A stretch of DNA of 64,000 nucleotides from Dehalococcoidia bacterium (GTDB lineage Bacteria > Chloroflexota > Dehalococcoidia > Lucifugimonadales > JAGWBF01), in contig OY760073.1 of NCBI GenBank assembly GCA_963663025.1, positions 362,538 through 426,537 on the forward strand, read 5' to 3'. This document shows positions 9,787 to 22,316 of the stretch, in pieces. Positions within the stretch are counted from its first letter, which is position 1. Each line of letters begins with the position of its first letter. Both the position numbers and the translations under genes were made by a program. The notes beneath the pieces are model-generated. The model worked only from the letters and a program-made list of their open reading frames with translations, had not been told where the DNA came from and did no database searches.

Positions 9787-9842
9787 AATGATGGTCTCAT
9801 TTGGGACAGTCTCATTATAGGTTGTGCTGGGAAGATTTGCAA
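9787..9842 (-). promoter_or_regulatory. sigma70-type promoter with overlapping Fur-family-like boxes
   Basis: Minus strand TTGCAA(9842-9837)-N17-TATAAT(9819-9814); AATGA-N5-TCATT at 9787-9801; two ATGAGAC direct repeats. Confidence 0.7.
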
Positions 9843-10025
9843 CAGAATAGCAATTGACCGACAAAGCAATTGCAAGGTTTCTTCGCTGCCCGTTTACTAG
9901 GGGACGAAGTGCGCTTAGCACCCTCAGCCCAGTTTCCTGCTCAATGGGGAATATGCTGGGATGAAGTCTCAATTGAGGGATCAGTGTCTTGGTAATTGAT
10001 ACTAAGTAGCGAGAAGCTGCCAGGT

Positions 10026-11201
10026 CTACCAGGGTCGCGACTCTTCCGAGTACACATGGTCCGGCATGCTGTAATTGATGCCGCCCTCGTCGAAGATAGA
10101 CACATCCAGCATGGCGGTCATCTTGTTGTTGTTCCTTGCTCGATTCTTGAAAAGCTTGCCCATAATGCTGTCGTAGCGGTTCTGCATCCGAAACCACCAG
10201 AGCACCCCGAAGTTGTATGTATGGGGATACATCAGCTGGTCGGCCAGGGTATGTCCAATTAGGGCTCGGGATACGCGATACACGTAGCTGGAGAGCTTGC
10301 GGCGGTCTTCGGGATCGGTTATCCCAGCGATCAACGGGGCGGAGTTGACCAGTGCATTTGCCATGGAAACGGACTCAGGGGAAGGCTCCGGCTCGCACAT
10401 GTTACCGATGCGGAATACCTTCATGGCATCCTTTTCGTCTTCAAAGAGAATGGTACTTGGTATCCCCATGAGATGCCCGGAGTAGCGCCACACCTGCAGG
10501 AAGCTGGCCCGCTCTTCGCTGTTGAAGACCGCCCCCAATCTGCGCAAATGGTCCAGCAGCCTCATAGAGAAGGCGGTGATGGCAAAGCCGACATGAGCGG
10601 CGCTGATGGGCGTTCCCCAGGCTTCATGGTCCCAGTCCGGCGAGTTGTTTAGGTGGTGCCTGAGTACCGCATGGACCATACGGACGCGGACGGAAAGCTT
10701 CCAGCCATCTCCATACCTGGCCAAGCCTCCGGGTATGAAGATTTCGACCATGTGGCGGTTGTTTTGCTTCAACCTCCGCACTCCCTGGTCACGCAGCCTC
10801 CCGGATATGAAGAAGGACTTGGCAATATTGGTGGAAAACCCCTCTACCAGGGTCCCGCCCACCATTCCCGCCAGCACCAGCTTGGCGTTCCTGTGGAAGA
10901 GGCGGCAGCCTGCGCTGAAAGTGCTATATTGGGCCCAATCAGGCGGGGTGTTGGCATCGTCGAAGAACTTTCGGACCTCCGTGGGCGCATCACGAAGAGC
11001 TTGCGCATCGCCTTCGATAATCAGTCCTACGAGTTGTCCCCCCTCTCGCATCCCCATGCCCAGGAGCGCCTTTACCATGTCGTCTGCTATTGGGTCGCCG
11101 ATCAGGGTGTGTGCGGCATAGCTGTCCGCCAGCTCCGGGTCGATAGCCCGAGCCTTCTCGTAGCCTGGAATATAGTCCGTTGGTATTTTGGCCGGCTGCA
11201 C
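10026..11201 (-). CDS. MpaB/DUF2236 (Lcp-like) heme oxygenase-family protein
   Basis: GWKLSVRVRMVHAVLR, DWDHEAWGTPIS, WRYSGHLMGIP motifs. Confidence 0.85.
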   Translation of the reverse strand: MQPAKIPTDYIPGYEKARAIDPELADSYAAHTLIGDPIADDMVKALLGMGMREGGQLVGLIIEGDAQALRDAPTEVRKFFDDANTPPDWAQYSTFSAGCRLFHRNAKLVLAGMVGGTLVEGFSTNIAKSFFISGRLRDQGVRRLKQNNRHMVEIFIPGGLARYGDGWKLSVRVRMVHAVLRHHLNNSPDWDHEAWGTPISAAHVGFAITAFSMRLLDHLRRLGAVFNSEERASFLQVWRYSGHLMGIPSTILFEDEKDAMKVFRIGNMCEPEPSPESVSMANALVNSAPLIAGITDPEDRRKLSSYVYRVSRALIGHTLADQLMYPHTYNFGVLWWFRMQNRYDSIMGKLFKNRARNNNKMTAMLDVSIFDEGGINYSMPDHVYSEESRPW

Positions 11202-11211
11202 TTGCGGGCCC

Positions 11212-13487
11212 CTAAACCTGGGATTCCTCTTCGGGCTCTACCCGAAGGTCTGGCAGCCATCGCAAGAAGGAGGGGAGGTACCAGTTCCCCTTTCCCAGCA
11301 CCTCCATGCTTGCTGGAACCAATACCGACCGCACCAGGGTGGCATCCAGGAGCACGGCCACTGCGAGGCCGAATCCCATCTGCTGGTTCACTATGGTGTC
11401 TCCCGATGCGAAGGCGCCGAAGACCGCAACCATGATGAGGGCGGCACCTGTAATGATCCCCGCTGTAGACCGAAGCCCGTAGGCAACGGCTTCGGCGTTG
11501 TCCCCCTTCTGGTCGTATCGCTCGCGGATGCGACTGAGCAGGAAAACGTGGTAGTCCATGGAAAGCCCAAAGAGTATGGAGAAGAGGAAAAGGGGTATCC
11601 AGACGTCGATGACCTCAGCCTGCTGGAACCCCAACAGGCTGGCGCCAATGCCCTTCTGGAACACCAGCACCATGAGCCCGTAGGCTGTGCCCACCGAGAG
11701 CAGGTTCATCAACACAGCCTTGATGGGAATGACGATTGAACGAAACACCAGCATCAGGATCAGGAAGCTAAACCCCAGCACAAAGGCGAAGACGATGGGT
11801 GTGTACACCTCTACTACAGAGAACACGTCCGCCACCACAGCGCTCACGCCTCCCACGTATACAACCGCATCCACGCCGTCAAAGGCCTCGGGGATGTACT
11901 CGTCCCGCATGGTGTTAATGACATCCACCGTCTCGCGGCTGCGGGGCTCACCCCGTAAAGCCGCAGTCATTAGCAAAAGGTCCCGGGACTCATTAATGGC
12001 CAAATCCGGCAGCACAGTTATGCCCGGGTGGGCCGCCATGGAGGCCTGGAGTTTCCCCAGGGCTTCCTGCACTTCGGGCGAGTCGATGTCTCCGTCAATC
12101 ACTATCTCGGTGGGATTGACCGCCCCGAACCCGAAGAAAAACTCCTCTTCCATGACGAAGAAGGCTTCCCTTGTCTCAGCTCCCTCTGGGAATACATCGA
12201 CGCCGTTTAGTCCGGTGTTGATGCCGGGCCACTGGAAGTAAAAGAGGATGGCGACGACCATCGGCGCGCCCACGGCGATGATGCTAATTACCGGATAGCG
12301 CATGACGATGCGGGTTACCCTCTCCCAGAAGCCTCGCTGCTCTTCCTGGGGCACCTCTGCGGCCGGGGAAGGACTGCGGAGTCTTCTGCCAAAGAAGGGT
12401 ATGGCAAACCGGTTTATCCGTTCGCCGTGGATGGCAAGGTTGGCCGGCAGGAAGGTGAGGGTGCCTGCCAACGAGACCAGGACCACCAGGATCGCCCCAA
12501 GGCCCAGAGACTGGAAGAAGGAGAAGGGAACGATGAGCATTCCGCATAGAGCTATCACCACCGTCAGTCCGCTGAAGAGCACCGTGCGCCCCGCCGTGGC
12601 TCCTGCCCGCTCTATCGCAGCGTACTTGTTCAGCCCCTTGGTCATCTCATCCCGGAAGCGGGAAATGATCAGCAGCGAATAGTCGATGCCGACGGCCAGC
12701 CCGATCATGATGATCATCAGGGTTACGAAGAAGACCAGGTCGAAGGCCTGCCCTATGAGGGCTGCCGTGCCCAGGGCGACGATGATGCAAACCAGGGACA
12801 GACCTATGGGCATAAGCACAGCGATGACGGTGCCGAAAAGCACTACCAGTATGAGCAGGGCTATGGGGATGCCCACCCTCTCCCCCTGTCTCAGGTCCTT
12901 TTCCGACAGCTCGTTCTGCTCGTGGGAGATGCTGGCATCCCCCACGATAAGCACCCGGAACCCATCCCCGGTGTTCTCGTGCTCAACGACATCCAGAACA
13001 TGGGGGATGTTGTCGACGGCATCCTCGAAGCTGCCGGCCATGTCCACCGGGAACAAGCGTTGTCATGCGGTCCTGGGATGCGAGGCCCAGCTTTACCGTG
13101 ATGTCGGTAGCTGTTGTAGTAGCTCGGGCCTGGGGTAGCGATGTCGTCCCCCAGCTCTCCGATGCCGGCATACACCCTTTCGACTTTGGCACGAAAAGTC
13201 GGGGTGCTCCAGGTCCAGGGAATCGGACTGGATAATGACGATCTCGCGAAGCTGCCGGGGCCCGCGGAGCCTGTCAGACCAGCAGGGACTTCGGCCTTCT
13301 GGGATTCGGCGCCGCCGCCCAGGCGCAGCTCGGTCGTCGTAGCCCTGTCCAGGACGTCCACCAGCTGCGGCCCCGGTCCCATCTCGCCATCTACGGCAAG
13401 GCCGCCGGCAATCAAGGCGATGACCAACCAGATGGCGAGGACTAGGCGCGGCCTGCGCGCGCTGACCCTGGCCAGCCACTCAGTCAA
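11212..13487 (-). CDS. MMPL family transporter, with several frameshifts in the 5' part (about 13050-13300)
   Basis: GLAVGIDYSLLIISRFRDE, TAGRTVLFSG, FGLSMDYHVFLLSRIRE, DATLVRSVLVPA; N-terminus MTEWLARVSARRPRLV is in another frame. Confidence 0.88.
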
Positions 13488-13727
13488 GACAACTCCCGTA
13501 GGCCGACTGGGCTTGCCGGCCCGTCGGGCGACCCGGGTGAGGAAGGTAGAACACCATCTTCAACTATATCCTTGCCACGAATCCTACATGCCATTGGACT
13601 ATCGGATAGATTCGGACGTGGCCTTGGTTAGATAGATGCACCATTTTAACACGTATATAGGAACGCATAGGACGGAGATCGCCATGTCGGAATTGGAGGA
13701 GTTGGATTTGCGACCGTCGGCCTCCTA

Positions 13728-16724
13728 CTAGCTTTCGCCTCCGTCGCCCGCAGGGACCGGCTCAGGGCTGCGACGACGCTGCCGCTTCTTGGGGGCGCTC
13801 TCTGGACTGACTGGCATCGCTTCGTTCCTGCTCAGGACCTCCCGCAGATAGCGACCCGTGTGGGAGGAGGGGAAGGTGGTCACATCTTCTGGTGTGCCCG
13901 TAGCTATCAGGCTCCCACCGGCGTCCCCCGCGCCCGGACCCAGGTCGATGATCCAGTCGGCGTTTTTCATCATGTCCAGATGGTGCTCGATAAGCACCAC
14001 GGTGTTGCCTGCATCCACCAGCCGGTGTAGCACCCGCAGCAGGGCGGGCGCAGTCCTCAAAGGACAGCCCCGTCGTGGGTTCGTCCAGGATGTACATGGT
14101 CTTGCCTGTTGCCCTGCGGGACAGCTCCGTCGCCAGCTTCACCCTCTGGGCCTCGCCTCCCGAAAGGGTGGTGGCCGGCTGGCCGAGGCGGATGTATCCC
14201 AAGCCAACATCCCGGGTGGTCTCCAGCTTGTTGCGTATCTTGGGCAGGTTGTAGAAGAAGTCCAGGGCTTGGTCCACGGTCATGTCCAGGACATCGGCGA
14301 TGCCTCTTGTCCTTGAAGGTGACCTCCAGAGCCTCCCGGTTGTAGCGGAGGCCGCGGCACACCTCGCATGGCACGGTCACGTCGGGCAGGAACTGCATCT
14401 CGATCTGGATGTAGCCGCCCCCCTGGCACGCTTCGCAGCGTCCGCCCTTAACGTTGAAGGAGAACCGCCCTGGTGCGTAGCCCCGCACCTTGGCTTCTGG
14501 GAGGGAGGCGTACAGCTCGCGGATGGGGGTAAAGGCGCCGGTGTAGGTGGCAGGGTTGCTCCTGGGGGTGCGCCCTATGGGAGACTGGTCGATATCCACC
14601 ACCTTGTCGATGTTCTCGATGCCCCTGATTTCGGCGTGGCGTCCCGGCCGTTCCTTGTTCCCGTAGAACTGCTGGGCCAGCTTCTTGTAAAGGATCTCGT
14701 ACACCAGGGTGCTTTTGCCCGAGCCCGAGACTCCTGTCACGCACACCAGCATCCCCAGGGGGATGTCCACATCCACGCCCTTAAGGTTGTTCTCCCGGGC
14801 GCCGCTGATGGTGACGTAATGCCCGTTGGAGGGGCGCCTCTTTTCAGGGAGGGGGATGGCCCTGCGCCCGCTGAGGTAGCTCCCCGTAATGGAGTTGGGG
14901 TTCTTCATGATGTCGTCGATGGTGCCGCAGGCCACGACGCTGCCGCCGTGCTCTCCGGCGCCCGGACCCAGGTCCACTATGAAGTCGGACGCCCGCATCA
15001 CAGCCTCGTCGTGCTCGACTACTACCACTGTATTGCCCAGCTCCCGCAGGCGGTTCAGGGTGCCGATAAGGCGGTCATCGTCGGCGGGATGCAGGCCGAC
15101 GGTGGGTTCGTCACAGACGTACAGCACACCCGTAAGCCCAGACCCGATCTGGGTCGCGAGGCGTATCCTCTGGGCTTCGCCGCCGGACAGGGTGCGGGCG
15201 GTGCGGTCCAAGGTGAGGTATCCCAAGCCGATGTCCACCAGGAACTTCAGGCGGGCTTCGATCTCCTTGAGAATCTGGGCGCCGATGGACAGCTCCCGCT
15301 CGGTCAGCTTTGCTACAGGCTGTTTGCCATTGGATCCTTTTCGAGGGGAGTCAGCCGCATCGCCCCGTCCAATGACGTGGGCCCACTCGATGCCTCTCTC
15401 TATGGTCATGGCGCATACATCGTTGATGCCCAGGCCGCACACCCGCACAGCCAGCGCTTCGGGGCGGAGGCGCTTGCCGTCGCACGCGCTGCAGGGGTTG
15501 GCGGTCATGTAGCGCTCCACATCGCTGCGCACATAGTCCGACTCGGTCTCCTTGTGGCGCCGCTCCAATTGGGGAATGACTCCCTCGAAGGTGGTCTCCC
15601 AGGAGTAGTCGTGGCCGTGGTGGGTGCGATGGCGCATGGTCAGCGTCTTGCTGCCCGTGCCGTACAGGATGATGTTCAGCGCCTTCTCGGACAGCTCCTT
15701 CACGGGAGTCCTGGTTGAGAATCCGTAGGCCGAAGACACCGATTCCAGCAGGCTCTTGTGCCAGCCCGTCAGGGCGCCTGCCCGCACCCAGGGAACGATG
15801 GCCCCCTCGGCGATAGACAGGTCTTTGTTGGGGATGATGATCTCCGGGTCGATCTCCAGCTTGAACCCCAGCCCGGTGCACGCCGGGCAGGCCCCATGGG
15901 GGCTGTTGAAGCTGAAGGTGCGAGGCTCTATCTCGGGCAGGCTAATCCCGCAGTGGACGCAGGCGAAGTTCTCGGAGAAGACGAGCTCTTCCCCGCCGTC
16001 TATGGCTGCCTGCACAACACCATTTCCCTGCTTCAGGGCTGTCTCGATGGAGTCGGCCACACGGCTGGCCTCGGTTTCGGCATCCACGACCAGCCGGTCC
16101 ACAACGATCTCGATGTAATGCCACTTCTGTTTGTCCAGGTTCAGGTCGCCCATGGTCTCGAGCTGGTGGATCTCGCCGTTGACCCTCACGCGGACAAAAC
16201 CGGCCCGCCGGGCTTCTTCGAAAACCTCCTTGTGCTCCCCCTTGCGTCGGCGCACCTTGGGGGCCAGGACGAGGATGCGGCTGCCAACGGGCAGGGTCAT
16301 GATGGCATCGACGATCTGCTGCACCGTCTGGCGCTGGACAGGGCGGTCGCACTTGGGGCAGTAGGGGCGGCCCACGCGGGCAAACAAGAGGCGGAGGTAG
16401 TCGTACACCTCTGTGACTGTGCCTACCGTGGACCTTGGGTTGTGGGAGACCCCCTTCTGATCTATCGATATGGCGGGGGAAAGGCCTTCCACGTACTCCA
16501 CGTCGGGCTTTTCCATGCGTCCCAGGAACTGGCGGGCATAGGCGGAAAGGGACTCCACGTAGCCGGCGCTGGCCCTCGGCATAGATGGTGTCGAAAGCCA
16601 GTGAGCTTTTCCCCGATCCGGAGACCCCGGTGACCACCACCAGCTTATCCCGGGGAATGGTCACGTCGATGTTCCTGAGGTTGTGCTCTCTGGCGCCTTT
16701 GACGTGTATGTACTCCTGAGGCAT
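13728..16724 (-). CDS. uvrA: excinuclease ABC subunit A, split by three apparent 1-nt insertions (about 16565, 14303, 14047)
   Basis: [16 protein letters not shown], two GVSGSGKS Walker A motifs, two LSGGEAQR motifs, Zn fingers, LDEPTTGL; four overlapping ORFs join into one UvrA. Confidence 0.95.
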
Positions 16725-16894
16725 AGGCAGCTTTCTGAAAGTAAGTCAGGGGTTATTCTAGCATCCCCTGCCCCACCAAGCATCCATGTTGACCGAATTG
16801 CGCCCTGCACTCCTGCTGGCTAGAATAGGGCGCGGAAGGCACCTGGGTCTCTCCCTTTCAGGAGAGCCCGCCCAGGCGAGCAAGAATCGGAGGT

Positions 16895-17221
16895 GTGACA
16901 ATGGCCAAGTTTCTCTTGCAATGCAACTACACGCAAGCCGGACTCCAGGGGCTCCTCAAGGAGGGAGGCTCTGCCCGCCGGAAGGTCTTCGAGGGCATCG
17001 CCGCTGAGCAGGGCGGGAGCCTGGAGGCCTTCTACTATGCCTTCGGCGGGTCCGATCTGTACATGGTGTTCGACCTGCCGGACACAGCTACCGCCACCGC
17101 AGTCTCGCTAAGCATTGGGGCCGGGGGTGCCCTGGGTATCACCACAGTACAGCTGATCACCCCGGAAGAGGTGGATGCTGCCTGCGGCAAGACCGTCACC
17201 TATCGACCCCCCGGAGCCTAG
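16895..17221 (+). CDS. GYD-domain protein
   Basis: MAKFLLQCNYTQAGLQGL, GGSLEAFYYAFGGSD, C-terminal YRPPG; GGAGG RBS; ATG at 16901. Confidence 0.88.
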   Translation: MTMAKFLLQCNYTQAGLQGLLKEGGSARRKVFEGIAAEQGGSLEAFYYAFGGSDLYMVFDLPDTATATAVSLSIGAGGALGITTVQLITPEEVDAACGKTVTYRPPGA

Positions 17222-17483
17222 GGCCGAGGGGGAATTCGGGCGAAACGCGAGGGCCGGGCTATCCCTTGGGGTCGTAGTTCTCCTTCACCCTTGACTCTTA
17301 CCTGTGAGTGGGGAACAATTAATGGTCTTCGCAAGGGGAAGTGGCTGAAGGGGCCGGAGGCGATGGCATGGCGCGAGGATTAATCTCCCATTGGGGTGCG
17401 TCCCGGGTCAGGTCGCTGACACGGCACACGGATGCATGTGCCCTCTCCGGTGACCCTGAGACGACTCTGCAAGGAGGCGAAAT

Positions 17484-17924
17484 ATGGATATGGTAAAGAA
17501 ATTGGTTGGGGCGTATCTCATCGGAGTCGCCCTGGTGGTGGCCATTTACTTCGTGATAAACGCATTCCTGGTGGACTCCATTGATGTGGCCCTGGTGTGG
17601 ACAGTGCTGGATGTGCTTATGGTCATCGCCCTGGCGCCGGCCCTGCTCTACAACTATGCCCGCAAGCGGGAAGAGTGCGGGCAGGACCCCGACGGCGCCG
17701 TTACCCGCCGTTACCTGGAAGCCAACGTGGCCTTCTATGCGACGGCAGCGATCACCATTCTGTTCCTGTACAACTGGTTCTGGCAGATGTCCCTGGGCCT
17801 GAACAGCCCCGAGCCCGACAACCACACCGCCTGGACCATTTGGGCGATGATCGATACTGCCTTGCCATTGGTCTTGGGAGCTACAGGGTGCCGTATGCTG
17901 TTTCAAGGCAACCGAGTTCCATAG
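17484..17924 (+). CDS. hypothetical 4-TM membrane protein
   Basis: AAGGAGG RBS; four hydrophobic segments. Confidence 0.8.
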   Translation: MDMVKKLVGAYLIGVALVVAIYFVINAFLVDSIDVALVWTVLDVLMVIALAPALLYNYARKREECGQDPDGAVTRRYLEANVAFYATAAITILFLYNWFWQMSLGLNSPEPDNHTAWTIWAMIDTALPLVLGATGCRMLFQGNRVP

Positions 17925-18160
17925 GCCCTCCAGTCTCACACGATGTGCGTCGGTTGTCTCCATGCCCATCTGAGAAGCACTTAGCGTACTCCTTCGGCTT
18001 CAGGGTCTGGCGCCCCTCCCCCGCCGGGCTTCGGTCACGCAGATAATTGCAGGAAGACCCTCTATGGGCTGCCTTCTTCGGGCGTTGCCCTGTGATATCC
18101 TGACGCCAGGATAATTTATGGAAGCGCCGGCAGGCGCGCACCCTGTGGAGGTCCAGTACG

Positions 18161-18883
18161 ATGAAGCTTCTGTTTGTAACACTCATGTTGGCGTGCTTCG
18201 CTGTATTGGGGTGTGGAGGGGACACCGAGCCGACCTCCGTCGTGGAACCGGTGAGCACACAGGCCTTCTCGACCCAGCCTGCCGACGGCGACGATAACGT
18301 CGAACAGCCCTCTGACGGTGACAGATCTGAAGGTGATGGCGACCAGTCCTCATCCTCTTCCGGGAATGATGACTCGGACAGCGATGCCAACGGGGATACC
18401 GACGGGCACGGTTCGGATGATGACGACACTGTGAGCCGGGAGAACCCGGGCTATGTGGGAATGGCCTTCGACGCCAGTCGAAACGAAGCCCTGTTCGACG
18501 CCCAGCCTTTGGATGTCGTGGTCTGGACCATGGAACCCACGGCTTCAGCCGGGGCGCTGGAGGCGGCGGGCATCCTTAACGAAGGCGCCACTCTATTCAA
18601 CCCCATGGTAGATGGCGAGGGGGCCGGCTTCATCCTGTATTACAAGGGAAATACAGAACCCCTGGTCCTGCTGCTCCCGGACTTGGGGCCTTTGTACATT
18701 TGGGAGACCGACCTTACCGTGGCTGACATGGAACACGAGTCTGAGGGAGGGGTCTTCTCCTTCCAGGCCTACTCACCCCTCTTTATGGACGTTGGCCCGT
18801 CGGACTTGGAAATACGGGTCTTCGGTTACGATGGTGATGGCGCCGACGCTCTTCTGGCCATTCAGCCGGTAGGCGTTCACTAA
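18161..18883 (+). CDS. hypothetical lipoprotein with Asp/Ser-rich linker
   Basis: GGAGG RBS; signal peptide with VLGC lipobox. Confidence 0.8.
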   Translation: MKLLFVTLMLACFAVLGCGGDTEPTSVVEPVSTQAFSTQPADGDDNVEQPSDGDRSEGDGDQSSSSSGNDDSDSDANGDTDGHGSDDDDTVSRENPGYVGMAFDASRNEALFDAQPLDVVVWTMEPTASAGALEAAGILNEGATLFNPMVDGEGAGFILYYKGNTEPLVLLLPDLGPLYIWETDLTVADMEHESEGGVFSFQAYSPLFMDVGPSDLEIRVFGYDGDGADALLAIQPVGVH

Positions 18884-19096
18884 CCCACTTCCCGCGCGCT
18901 CCCGGGTTGTTCCCACAAGGTCGGGGCGAGCGGCGTGGCCGACGGCGTACAGGCCGCCCCCGCGCTCCTCCGGGATGAAGACGTACCACGGACCGTCGGA
19001 ACTCTCCGTGTACTACGACAGGCGCAGCCTGTTTTCCTCAGCAGGCAAGTAGCATGCACGGTGTCTTGTGGGCGGACTTTTAGGGGGTTTCGAGCG

Positions 19097-21349
<2,253 letters not shown>

Positions 21350-21631
21350 TCACCTTGGCTCTACGGTCTCTCACCGGACATTTTCGTCTTGAGTGGGCCC
21401 AGGGGAGCCCGCGCTTATTGCTGCATTTTCAGCGACCGCTCGCTGCCAGCTTTCCATAATAACAAATTGGCTATCCCTTGGGCAATCCCAAGCTGACAGA
21501 CCCTTGAGACCTCACCGTTGTCCCGACGGAGAAGCCTGATGCCGCGGGCAACGTCGAGGGGGATTATGCCCTCCTGCACTGTCTTAAAGGCGTGATTTAC
21601 GGAGAGACCACATGCGACACCGGACCTCCGC

Positions 21632-22108
21632 TCACAGTCGGTCAAATCCCTTCCAGCCGGGTATGGAGGAAGCTTGCCGGACCCACTCCTCCATCTGCGC
21701 CTCGTCCAGTTCCCCTTCGTGGATATCGACCCAACGGGAGTCCGGATCCTTGCCTGATCCGGGAGGGGCGGGCTGCAGGTAAGCTCCGTTGAGAAAGGTT
21801 ATCTTCACGTAGCTGGTGAAGACATGGTAGCTCACGAACCACCCTTGGCCCTCGATGCCGTACCAGGGCGAGTTCCACCTCACAGCCTTGCGCACGTTTG
21901 GCACGGCGCGCGCGATGAGGTCGTCGAGGCGGCGACCAAGCTCCCGCTTCCAGCCGGGCATGGCCTCGATGTAAGCCTGCACGGGAGCGTCCCCGTCGCC
22001 CTTGGGAATCTGGGGGTTGCCTCCGGACAGGAGCACCGACTCGCTGGCGTTACTTGGCGCGGCGTGTGGCTCACCATTCTTCCCCTTCCGGGACTGCCGG
22101 CTCGGCAT
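21632..22108 (-). CDS. DUF1801 (YdhG-like) domain protein
   Basis: LLSGGNPQIPKGDGDAPVQAYIEAMPGWK, VRKAVRWNSPWYG. Confidence 0.85.
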   Translation of the reverse strand: MPSRQSRKGKNGEPHAAPSNASESVLLSGGNPQIPKGDGDAPVQAYIEAMPGWKRELGRRLDDLIARAVPNVRKAVRWNSPWYGIEGQGWFVSYHVFTSYVKITFLNGAYLQPAPPGSGKDPDSRWVDIHEGELDEAQMEEWVRQASSIPGWKGFDRL

Positions 22109-22316
22109 GGCGTTCACCCCACATCGTGTTCCGAAAAGCAGGTGTTGCAGCGTCCAGCACGAAAATGTCAAACCCTGATGCTCCGATCACCGGGCCGGCT
22201 TTTCGCCTGAAGCGCCGGGGTAAGTATAGCCGAAGCGGCAGGGCCTCCAGCTATGTGGCTGACCTGCCGCTTCTTATTGGCGCTCCCGTGCAACTAGTTC
22301 CATGGCCACTGTCCCA

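Noticed and set aside
14282-15718. Long antisense ORFs (also 26453-27685, 34521-35399, 45804-47057, 18935-19783)
   Set aside because: Shadow ORFs opposite well-supported genes in GC-rich DNA
13728-16724. Programmed frameshifting or true pseudogenisation of uvrA
   Set aside because: No slippery heptamers seen; the same error pattern affects neighbouring genes, so assembly error is more parsimonious
21415-21645. 76-aa ORF or PerR/Fur box upstream of katG
   Set aside because: No motif or RBS support for the ORF; the AT-rich patch near 21455 does not form a convincing dyad
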